Positions 19,045 to 27,075 of a DNA stretch of 64,000 nt are shown here, piece after piece. Within the stretch, counting starts at the first letter, position 1. Every line of letters begins with the position of its first letter. The notes under the pieces are model-generated. The model was not told where the DNA came from. It ran no database searches and saw only the letters and a list, made by a program, of their open reading frames with translations. This stretch comes from Candidatus Wolframiiraptor sinensis (GTDB taxonomy: Archaea; Thermoproteota; Nitrososphaeria_A; Caldarchaeales; Wolframiiraptoraceae): assembly GCA_023261815.1 (NCBI GenBank), contig JALNKA010000002.1:140438-204437 (forward strand), in the 5' to 3' direction. The position numbers and the translations under genes were made by a program.

Positions 19045-19920
19045 ATGATACTCGTCGGGGGGCCGGCTTCAGCATATCTTGCCGAGAAGCTGTCGAAAGC
19101 CTCCGGCCATAAGCTGATCGAGATCGAGCATAAGCTCTTCCCAGACGGTGAGAGCTACATACGCTTCCCAGAGAAGATCGCTGGAGAGGATCTTCTGATA
19201 GTCCAGGGATTTCACCCGCCGCAGGACAAGCACGTATTCCAAGCGTGCTTAATGGCCGACGCCGCCCTCGATCTAGGCGCGAATTCCGTCAGCCTGATAG
19301 CTCCGTACCTCGCCTACGCAAGGCAGGATAAGCGGTTTCTGGAAGGCGAGGCGCTGAGCCTAAACACGCTGCTCAAGCTGCTCAAAGCCGCGGGATACAA
19401 GCGGGCGTATACCGTGAACGTGCACTCGCCCTGGGCCATCGAGTCCTCGCCGATTCCAGTTAAGGATGTTTTAGCGGAGGAGGCTCTCGCCGAGCACATT
19501 AAGACGCTGGGGCTCGAGGACATTGTAGTCGTCTCAGTCGGGAAGAAGGGGAAATGCATGGCGGAGAGAGTCGCCGAGCTCCTGGAAACCGAGTACCTGG
19601 TCGCTCAATCGACTAGGGACAAGTTTACGGGCGAGGTCACGGTCGAGATCGAGGATGATGTTGGAGGCAGATGCGCGCTCGTCGTCGATGATATCATTAG
19701 CACGGGCGGCACCATGGCCAAGCTCGTCGAGAAGCTGAAGAGCATGGGAGCGCGGAGGATAATCGCCGCATGCATACACGGCTTGATGATCGGGGATGCG
19801 GCCGAGAAGATCATCAGGTCTGGAGCCGAGACTATAATCTCCTCCGACACTGTGCCGAGCAGCTACTCAAGATACTCCGTTGCCGGAATACTCGCTAGGG
19901 AAATTCTGGGCAGAACTTGA
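19045..19920 (+). CDS. prs: ribose-phosphate pyrophosphokinase
   Basis: PRPP-binding motif VVDDIISTGGT. The N-terminus MILVGGPASAYLAEKLS reads like Prs. The ORF track starts 24 codons earlier. Confidence 0.85.
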   Translation: MILVGGPASAYLAEKLSKASGHKLIEIEHKLFPDGESYIRFPEKIAGEDLLIVQGFHPPQDKHVFQACLMADAALDLGANSVSLIAPYLAYARQDKRFLEGEALSLNTLLKLLKAAGYKRAYTVNVHSPWAIESSPIPVKDVLAEEALAEHIKTLGLEDIVVVSVGKKGKCMAERVAELLETEYLVAQSTRDKFTGEVTVEIEDDVGGRCALVVDDIISTGGTMAKLVEKLKSMGARRIIAACIHGLMIGDAAEKIIRSGAETIISSDTVPSSYSRYSVAGILAREILGRT

Positions 19921-20960
19921 GGGAGAAATTCTTCTTCCTTTTATCGGGAGAGCATGAGACGATCCCGGCATCGGAGCTAAGATCCATCTTGAGCCTTCTC
20001 GATCCGGGCGCTAGGATTCATGAGCTCAATGGGGAGAGGATAATCATCGCCGAGACATTTGAGGATGCGGCGCGGGAGGCCGTGAGGAGGACGGCTTATA
20101 CGAAGCTTTGTGGAAGGCTTGCCGGCGTCGCCGAGACGAGGCCCGAGTCAATCCTCGGCATGATAAGCAGAGAGACTGTTGAGAGGATCATTCCGCCGAC
20201 CGCTCTCACTGTGGCCGTGAGGGGTAGGAGGATCATGGGAGCGCGAATCGATAAGCTCGGGCTCGAGAGGATGATCGGCGGGAGAATACTCGACCTCAAG
20301 CCAGGCCTGAAGGTGGATTTGAGAAAACCCGACATCACGATCCTCTTCATATCGAGCCCCTCAGAGACGGTCTTGGGATCTCTTGTGGAATCCAAGCCGA
20401 GGCGCTTCTTCCATGATAGGCTCGCGGGTAGGAGGCCGTTCTCGCTGCCATCCGCGATGCAACCTGACCTATCCAGGGCAATGGTGAACCTCGCTGGCGT
20501 TAGGCCCGGCGGGCGGATCCTCGACCCATTCGCCGGCACCGGAGGGATAATGATCGAGGGGATACTGCTTGGGTACAGGGTTTATGGCATCGAGCTCAAG
20601 AGGTGGATAGCGGATGGAGCATTGAGAAATCTCAGCCATTACGCTCCCGGGGAGGAGAGCATGATCGTCGGAGACGCGAGGAGGCCGATGTTCAGGGACC
20701 ACGTCTTCGACGCGATAATCACGGACCCCCCATACGGGAGATCGACCACGGTTCCCGATGAATCGGTTACAGCTCTCCTCGACAAGTTCCTCGAGAGCTG
20801 CTTGAGCCTTCTTAAAAACGGCGGCAGAATAGTCATGGCGCTCCCGGTGGAGATCAATCTCGAGGCGCTAATTAAAAGGCATGGGCTCAGATTGAGAGAA
20901 TCCCATATCGTGAGAGTTCACGGGAGCCTTGTTAGGAGGGTGGTGGTGCTGGAGCGATGA
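19917..20960 (+). CDS. THUMP-domain tRNA (guanine-N2)-methyltransferase (Trm-G10/Trm11 family)
   Basis: N-terminal THUMP-like region. SAM motif I DPFAGTGGIMIEG and motif IV TDPPYG. 347 aa. Confidence 0.75.
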   Translation: MREKFFFLLSGEHETIPASELRSILSLLDPGARIHELNGERIIIAETFEDAAREAVRRTAYTKLCGRLAGVAETRPESILGMISRETVERIIPPTALTVAVRGRRIMGARIDKLGLERMIGGRILDLKPGLKVDLRKPDITILFISSPSETVLGSLVESKPRRFFHDRLAGRRPFSLPSAMQPDLSRAMVNLAGVRPGGRILDPFAGTGGIMIEGILLGYRVYGIELKRWIADGALRNLSHYAPGEESMIVGDARRPMFRDHVFDAIITDPPYGRSTTVPDESVTALLDKFLESCLSLLKNGGRIVMALPVEINLEALIKRHGLRLRESHIVRVHGSLVRRVVVLER

Positions 20961-21877
20961 CGATAATGAGGATCACATTCCTCGGCACGGGCGGTGGAAT
21001 TCCAAGCATAAGCCGCTCGCTCCCATCAGTTGCCGTGAGCTACTCGGGCGAGCTCATATTATTCGACTGCGGCGAGGGCGCGCAGAGGCAGATGATGAGG
21101 GCTGGAACCGGCTTCAAGCAGAAGCTGACTATCCTGCTAACGCATCTTCACGGCGACCACATCTTCGGCCTACCAGGCCTACTCTACACGCTTTCCATGC
21201 TCGATAGAAAGCATCCTCTCAGGATCATAGGCCCTAGGGGAACCCGCGGCTTCGTGGAGGCGATACTCTCCATCAGATTCGGCAAGATGAGCTACGAGGT
21301 CGAGGTAAAGGAAATCAATGGTGGAATAGCATACGAGTCCAAGGACTTCATTGTGGAGGCGATAAGCGCCTCGCACACCGTCGAATCCCTAGCCTATAGG
21401 CTTAGGGAGAGGGATAGGCCCGGGAGAATGAAGGTCGATGTTCTAGAGAGATTGGGCGTGCCGAGGGGCCCCCTTTGGGGAAGGCTTCAGCGCGGCGAGA
21501 CAATAGAGTTCTCGGGAAAGATCATAAGGCCTGAGGATGTTATGGAGCCTCCGAGGCGCGGCAGAATCATCGTATACACCGGCGACACCAGGCCATCAGA
21601 TGAGATAGTGGAGTTCTCGAGGGGAGCGGATGTGCTGATACATGACGCGACCTTCGGCTCGGAGTTCGAGGAGGATGCAGCGAGGGAGGGGCACTCCACG
21701 GCGAGGCAGGCCGCCGAGATCGCGCTGAGGGCCGGCGTCCGGAGGCTCTACCTTTTCCACATAAGCCCGAGATACGAGGATGATCAGGATAGGCTCTTAA
21801 GGGAGGCTAGGCAGATATTTCCCAACGCCTATCTCGCCGAGGATCTGCTGAGCATCGAGGTGCCTCTCCCGGACTAA
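20957..21877 (+). CDS. rnz: ribonuclease Z (tRNA 3-prime endonuclease)
   Basis: MRITFLGTGGGIPS, HxHxDH as LTHLHGDHIFGLPGLL, and a C-terminal His motif. 306 aa. Confidence 0.85.
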   Translation: MTIMRITFLGTGGGIPSISRSLPSVAVSYSGELILFDCGEGAQRQMMRAGTGFKQKLTILLTHLHGDHIFGLPGLLYTLSMLDRKHPLRIIGPRGTRGFVEAILSIRFGKMSYEVEVKEINGGIAYESKDFIVEAISASHTVESLAYRLRERDRPGRMKVDVLERLGVPRGPLWGRLQRGETIEFSGKIIRPEDVMEPPRRGRIIVYTGDTRPSDEIVEFSRGADVLIHDATFGSEFEEDAAREGHSTARQAAEIALRAGVRRLYLFHISPRYEDDQDRLLREARQIFPNAYLAEDLLSIEVPLPD

Positions 21878-21880
21878 GGG

Positions 21881-22276
21881 CTATTCGGTCAGCCAGCTTA
21901 TCACTTCCTCCAAGTTCGGCGCTTTAATCATCACCTTTATCGGCGGAAGCGGCGACTCGATGAAGGGCTCTGTGAAAGAGGCCTTTCCAGCGTAAGCCGC
22001 CTGCTTATTCAGGTAGAAGACGAGGATATCATCGCGCATCGAGGACTTCAGGATGCTTCTAGCCGCCGCCCTTATCCTCCGCTCCCTGAGAAGCCTCTTC
22101 AGGTTCTCGAGCACGCCATATCCCTCCGCTGAGCCCTCAACCCGGGCATAGGAGTCCAGCCACTTGACCTCGAAGCTTATCTCGGGGAATATCGCTTTAA
22201 CGGCCTTCAAGACCTTCTCGGGATCCTCCGTCGGATAGACGTCTGCTTCAACGCTCACGCTTATCACGCCTTCCAT
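21881..22276 (-). CDS. small conserved archaeal protein, DUF54/UPF0201-like putative RNA-binding protein
   Basis: 131 aa. The SVEADVYPTEDPEKV N-terminus resembles the UPF0201 family. Assignment is from memory only. Confidence 0.35.
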   Translation of the reverse strand: MEGVISVSVEADVYPTEDPEKVLKAVKAIFPEISFEVKWLDSYARVEGSAEGYGVLENLKRLLRERRIRAAARSILKSSMRDDILVFYLNKQAAYAGKASFTEPFIESPLPPIKVMIKAPNLEEVISWLTE

Positions 22277-22290
22277 GCTTCAAGCCCCCA

Positions 22291-22707
22291 TCACTCGAAG
22301 AATAGCTCGATCCTGGAATCAATCTTTTTCCTGACGAGCTTTACGCCTATCGGGATCATCATCGCGATCTCAGCGGTATTGTGCACGGTCGCTCTCCGAA
22401 GGTGCCCGCCATGAACATTTAAGGACTCATCGGCCAGGGTAGCGTGAACATGGGGTTGAAGTCTTCCATCATCATCGCGAGCGATATTTCCCTCAATCGA
22501 GACTATCTCCATGGGGCTTGGAAGAGCCTTTTCCAGATAATCTCTCCTAAAGTATGCGAGCACAGTATCCCTCAACATGCCAACGCAGCTTAGAATGATC
22601 CCGGAATCGGCTCCAGACGCCTCCATGATCTCGCAGAGCCCTCCCAGGAAATCCTCTCCATCATCCAGCTTGATGAAGAGTATGTTCTCAGCGAGCCTAT
22701 ATCGCAT
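22291..22707 (-). CDS. PPC/DUF296 domain protein
   Basis: 138 aa. The core GGLCEIMEASGADSGIILSCVGMLRDTVLAYF and HVHATLADESLNVHGGHL is typical of COG1661-like proteins. Confidence 0.5.
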   Translation of the reverse strand: MRYRLAENILFIKLDDGEDFLGGLCEIMEASGADSGIILSCVGMLRDTVLAYFRRDYLEKALPSPMEIVSIEGNIARDDDGRLQPHVHATLADESLNVHGGHLRRATVHNTAEIAMMIPIGVKLVRKKIDSRIELFFE

Positions 22708-22770
22708 GAAGCTTCGAGCGGCTCTGAAGACTTAAAGTTTTCCGGAGCAGCATATTTAGAGGCGGCGCTC

Positions 22771-23265
22771 ATGAAAGCCCTAGTCGTCTTCTACTCGAGG
22801 ACTGGTAGGACTAGGATCATCGCCGAGGCCATAGCGCGGAGCTTGAAGGCGGACATCGAGGAGGTAAAAGAGGATGATGGGAGATCAGGATTGCTGGGGT
22901 TCCTGAGATCAGGCTACGAGGCCGTGCTCGGCAAGCTTGCGCGCATTCAGCCAGCGAGCAAGAAACCGGAAGAATACGACTTGGTGGTGGTCGGCTCCCC
23001 CGTCTGGGTCGGCAGGCTCTCATCCCCTATGAGAACATACTTGACACACCATGGCGGCAAAATCAGGAAAGCAGCCTTCTTCTGCACGTGCATCGGCGGA
23101 GAGGGAAAGATCTTCAGGGAGATGGAGATGCTCTCCGGAAAGCCGATAGCCAAGCTATGTGTTAGAGATAGGGAGATCGCGGCGAAAGAGCACACCAAGA
23201 AGATCCAAGAATTCGTTAAAGCGTTACAAGGAGAGCTGGAAAGCATGGAATCAGCTCGCGAGTAA
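22771..23265 (+). CDS. flavodoxin-like fold protein
   Basis: The N-terminus MKALVVFYSRTGRTRIIAEAIARSL is a flavodoxin-type phosphate-binding loop. 164 aa. Confidence 0.6.
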   Translation: MKALVVFYSRTGRTRIIAEAIARSLKADIEEVKEDDGRSGLLGFLRSGYEAVLGKLARIQPASKKPEEYDLVVVGSPVWVGRLSSPMRTYLTHHGGKIRKAAFFCTCIGGEGKIFREMEMLSGKPIAKLCVRDREIAAKEHTKKIQEFVKALQGELESMESARE

Positions 23266-23392
23266 TCTCGCACTCTCGCGCGGTCTTAGCGGCTGGCATC
23301 TAAAGCTTCCCCTGAGCTAGTGAACTCGGCTCATTTCATGCTCCGCGGCCGAGAAGGGGTATTCAAAATTACATGATCTTAATCATTGTTTT

Positions 23393-23449
23393 GGGTCAGC
23401 GCTCAAGATCCCGATCATCGCGCTCAGCCTGGTCAGAGTCATCATTCCC
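23393..23449 (-). ncRNA. candidate C/D-box sRNA (2-prime-O-methylation guide)
   Basis: On the minus strand: GGG-AAUGAUGA(box C)-CUCUGACCAGG-CUGA(D-prime)-GCGCG-AUGAUCG(degenerate C-prime)-GGAUCUUGAGCG-CUGA(D)-CCC. The spacer lengths are 11 and 12 nt, and a GGG/CCC terminal stem frames the k-turn. It lies in a 345-bp ORF-free gap. Confidence 0.5.
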
Positions 23450-23609
23450 ATGATGAGCCTGTTTATTGCGGCTTTTATTCCTTTCTACCGGCTCAACAAT
23501 ACCGGGCGATTCAACGATTCATCCTAGCCGGTTTGAGCTCCTTCATCCGGCCTATAATATTTAAGCTCTCGGCTCAAATGATATTATGGCTTCCTGGGGG
23601 AGGGGGTTG

Positions 23610-24059
23610 ATGCTTCGTGAGGTATCCGCCGGCGCCACGGTGTTCCATTTAGGCTCTCAGATCGAGTATCTGCTTCTGCATTATGCTGCTGGTCACTGGG
23701 ATTTTCCCAAGGGAGCGATTGAGCCCGGCGAGTCGGAGCTGGATACGGTCAAGAGGGAGGTTTGGGAGGAGACGGGGATAAGAGAGGTAGAGATAGTTCC
23801 AGGGTTCAGGAAGGTTATACACTACTGGTATCGGAAGTCAGGCCAGCTTGTTCGAAAGACGGTTATCTTCTATCTCGCGAGATCCTACACGAAGAATGTT
23901 ACACTATCCTATGAGCACATAGGATATGCTTGGCTCCCGTATGAGGAGAGCTCGAAGAGATTAACTTTTAAGACGGCTAAAGAGACTCTTCATGAAGCCC
24001 ATGAGTACCTGCTCAAGAACATGCATCTACTCCGCCAGCCAAGGCTCCACGATTACTAG
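23610..24059 (+). CDS. NUDIX hydrolase
   Basis: Nudix box GAIEPGESELDTVKREVWEETGI, matching GX5EX7REVXEEXGI. Confidence 0.8.
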   Translation: MLREVSAGATVFHLGSQIEYLLLHYAAGHWDFPKGAIEPGESELDTVKREVWEETGIREVEIVPGFRKVIHYWYRKSGQLVRKTVIFYLARSYTKNVTLSYEHIGYAWLPYEESSKRLTFKTAKETLHEAHEYLLKNMHLLRQPRLHDY

Positions 24060-24069
24060 GTGGGAGCTG

Positions 24070-25785
24070 ATGATCGGGCAGAAAGACTTACTCGCCGCGC
24101 TGATGATGGCATTAATTCTGCTCTCAAGCCTCGCTGCCGTTTCCTGCCAAGAGGCATCGCTAATGGTCTTCGTCCATGATCCACTCGGAAAGCCGTTAGA
24201 CGGCATTGAGGTTCGGTTGATTAAGGGTGGAGAGGCTAGGCGATTTCTGACGAACTCGACGGGCTACGCGGAGTTCAGGCATCTCGAGCCCGGAGAATAC
24301 ACCTTGCAGGTGGTCACCGAGAACGTGATCGTTGGAGAGAAGACTGTGAAAATCCCGGATGATTGGATGGTGAATGTAGAGGCCAGGCTGGCCGAGGTCG
24401 AGCTCAGGCTTCGAAACTTGGATGATGAGCCCGTTAAGGGCTTAGTGGCGGAGCTGCGGGCCGGGGGCTACAGCCGATCAGCAGAATCCGATGATAAGGG
24501 GTTAATCAGGATTGCGAGAATTCCATACAGCGACTTGAAGGGCGTCGGCGCCTACTCCCTAGTCATCAGCATGGGCAGGCTGACGCTCTACAATACATCT
24601 CTGAATATCGTCGAGCCGGTGATCCGAGTGAATGCGACCTTGCCGCTCGCGAGCTTAAGGCTCAAGGTTGTGAATCTCGAGGGAGAGCCGGTTCCCAAGA
24701 TTACCGTTAGGTTATCCTCTGAGGGCTATTCCGCCGAGAGCAGGTCTGAGAGTGGTATCACGTCCTTCAGCAATCTGCCATCATCCGAGGTGAGGGGGGT
24801 CGGCGCCTACAGGATAAATGTCTCGATGAGGGTTGGGGGAGGCGACATGCCGATATACTTCGAGGATAGGATGATAACGAGAAGCGCGAACATCTCGCTG
24901 ATAGCGGATCTAGCAAGGCTCACCGTGAGAGTTGTTGATGAGGATGGTAAGCCTATTAGGGGCGTGAGCGTGAGCTTGAGCAACTCTCTCATGGCCAACT
25001 TCACATCGGGCGCGACGAACGAGAATGGTGAGGTGACCTTCGAGAATATTTTGCTCAGCAGGGGCAGGGTTGGCGCCGGAGCATACGTTGTCCAAGCGAT
25101 GAGGGCGGGCAGAATCATAGGGGAGCTGAGAGCCGAGTTCGAGAAGCCGGGAGCCATGCTGGAGATCGTGGCCAGGAGGGGAGAGCTGAGGCTCAAACTC
25201 GTGGACTATCATGGCAAGCCCCTCGCTGGATACATGGTGAGGCTCATAGACGAGGTCGGCGGAGAGATGATCAACGCCACGACGAATGCTCTCGGCGAGG
25301 CCGCCTTCAAGCTCTTCTACGGCGCCTACACGATGGAGGTCTACAGAGATGAAAGGCTCATAAGATCATCGCTTATCCAGCTGGCCGGCGAATCCCTGGA
25401 GGTCAAGCTCGACGAGGTCAACTTCCCGCTAAGCATAAGGGTTGTCGACTCTGTGGGAAGGCCTATCGGATCGGGCCGTATAGAGCTCAGCTCCGGGGAT
25501 GAAATACTGTTTAGAGGGGAGCTGAGGGGAGAGCCCATAAGCCTCGACCTGCCATATCCACTCAACCTACGCTGCGACATCTATGGAGATGATGGGAAGC
25601 TCCTGCACAGAGAGATGCTCCGAGCATATGGGCCCGGGGAACTTGTCGTGGAGCTGAGAAGCTACGTCTTCATCGGAGGCCTCATGAGTCTTGAGTCGAT
25701 CGCCGCGGCGATAATGCTCGCCCTGATAGCAGCTTGCACGCTGTTCTCCACCGCATTAATAGTCAAGGCTAGGAGAAAAGGCTAA
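24070..25785 (+). CDS. secreted/cell-surface protein with about six tandem prealbumin-like (carboxypeptidase-regulatory-like) domains and a C-terminal TM anchor
   Basis: Signal peptide MIGQKDLLAALMMALILLSSLAAVSC. Repeats of about 80 aa such as VRLIKGGEARRFLTNSTGYAEFRHLEPGEYTLQVV and VRVVDEDGKPIRGVSV...GAYVVQA. C-terminal hydrophobic helix plus KARRKG. Confidence 0.7.
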   Translation: MIGQKDLLAALMMALILLSSLAAVSCQEASLMVFVHDPLGKPLDGIEVRLIKGGEARRFLTNSTGYAEFRHLEPGEYTLQVVTENVIVGEKTVKIPDDWMVNVEARLAEVELRLRNLDDEPVKGLVAELRAGGYSRSAESDDKGLIRIARIPYSDLKGVGAYSLVISMGRLTLYNTSLNIVEPVIRVNATLPLASLRLKVVNLEGEPVPKITVRLSSEGYSAESRSESGITSFSNLPSSEVRGVGAYRINVSMRVGGGDMPIYFEDRMITRSANISLIADLARLTVRVVDEDGKPIRGVSVSLSNSLMANFTSGATNENGEVTFENILLSRGRVGAGAYVVQAMRAGRIIGELRAEFEKPGAMLEIVARRGELRLKLVDYHGKPLAGYMVRLIDEVGGEMINATTNALGEAAFKLFYGAYTMEVYRDERLIRSSLIQLAGESLEVKLDEVNFPLSIRVVDSVGRPIGSGRIELSSGDEILFRGELRGEPISLDLPYPLNLRCDIYGDDGKLLHREMLRAYGPGELVVELRSYVFIGGLMSLESIAAAIMLALIAACTLFSTALIVKARRKG

Positions 25786-25819
25786 TAACGTGAGACTTCA
25801 GCGAATTCTATGAGATTAG

Positions 25820-26161
25820 TTGACTCAGGGCTGGGAGACTGTTGGGGATAAGCCCGGCTGGACCCTGAGCAGAAACCCGACTGAGGTCTGCAATCCGCTC
25901 TGTAGGTACTTTAGATGTGGAAGGAAGGCTCTGGACTTCAAGCGGAATCCTCCATGGTGTGGTTGGGTAAACTCTCACTGCACGGGCTATAGGTGCAATT
26001 ATGGCTTCTGCATTCAGAAGAAGCTTCTCCCGAATGGCAGATGTGCTCTCTTCGTCAAGAGGAGGACAGAGGAAGAGGAGAAGCCGGAGATGCTCGAGTC
26101 CGGGCTCAGGATAGGCACCGCGGAGAGGGTTAGGAAAAAGCTTGACAAGTTCGGGATCTAG
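25820..26161 (+). CDS. cysteine-rich small hypothetical protein
   Basis: 113 aa with 9 Cys in the first 75 residues (CNPLCRYFRCGRK...WCGWVNSHCTGYRCNYGFC...GRC), then a Lys/Glu-rich tail. I recognise no known fold. Confidence 0.35.
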   Translation: MTQGWETVGDKPGWTLSRNPTEVCNPLCRYFRCGRKALDFKRNPPWCGWVNSHCTGYRCNYGFCIQKKLLPNGRCALFVKRRTEEEEKPEMLESGLRIGTAERVRKKLDKFGI

Positions 26162-27015
26162 GATCTGGCAACGATGTAGCCGGAGATCACGATGAGCGCT
26201 CCCCCCAAGATGTCGATGGGCCCGAGAAGCTGTCCTAGGAATAGCGCGCCCATGATCGCCGCGCTCAGGGGCTCCAAGTAAGCTAACACCACAGCCTTAG
26301 GAGCCTCCATCATCACAAGCCCATAGAGGTAGAGCGTTACGGCCGAGCATGTGTTCACGCCGGAGAGGATCAGCAGCAGGCCCCATTCAGGTGCGGAGAG
26401 GCTCGGCGTTATGGGCCGTGATATGGCCGCCAAGAATATGGCCGCGAAAACATAGGAGTAGAATGCCGTGGTGAGGCTCGATTGCTCCGCCCTAAGCTTC
26501 TTCGAGACGATTATGAAGCCCGCGTAGCTTAGGCCCGCGAGAAGCCCGTAGACCACCCCTAGGACATCGTGGGAGCCGCCGAGAACAAGCTCCTCATGGG
26601 AGATGAGGTATATTCCGAGAAGCGAGAGGAGCAGGGCCGCGATCGAGGTCTTAGCAAGCCTCTCCCTCAGAATCAAGGGCGATAAGACCGCGGTGAAGAC
26701 GGGGCCGAGGTAATTCAGGAGAACTGCCTCGGCTATTGGGATGAGCTTCATCGAGGCGAAGAGGAATGCCCAGCCCAGGCAGAGGAGTAGGCCGTTCAGT
26801 ACGAGGAGCTTCCAACATAACCTGAGCCTCGCCAGATCGCGCGCCCTGAAAATCATCATGAATGGGAGGAGGATGAGCGATGCCAAGAACACCCTGAAGA
26901 ACGCTATCGTGAACGCGTCGAGCGGTATGAGGTTCACTATCACGCCGTTGGAGCCCCAGATTATGGCGGCCGAGGATATCGAGAGAACTCCGAGGAGCCG
27001 CGACCTTTCTTTCAT
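26158..27015 (-). CDS. EamA/DMT-family transporter
   Basis: 285 aa, 10 TM helices, two EamA-like halves. Confidence 0.8.
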   Translation of the reverse strand: MKERSRLLGVLSISSAAIIWGSNGVIVNLIPLDAFTIAFFRVFLASLILLPFMMIFRARDLARLRLCWKLLVLNGLLLCLGWAFLFASMKLIPIAEAVLLNYLGPVFTAVLSPLILRERLAKTSIAALLLSLLGIYLISHEELVLGGSHDVLGVVYGLLAGLSYAGFIIVSKKLRAEQSSLTTAFYSYVFAAIFLAAISRPITPSLSAPEWGLLLILSGVNTCSAVTLYLYGLVMMEAPKAVVLAYLEPLSAAIMGALFLGQLLGPIDILGGALIVISGYIVARS

Positions 27016-27075
27016 TCCGTGCCTCGAGATGAGGCTTAAGAGAAGTTAAAATATACTCCTTCGAGGGCTGAATGG

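Noticed and set aside
23447-23460. Second box-C-like AUGAUGA on the plus strand next to the sRNA candidate
   Set aside because: No CUGA D or D-prime box within 80 nt downstream and no terminal stem.
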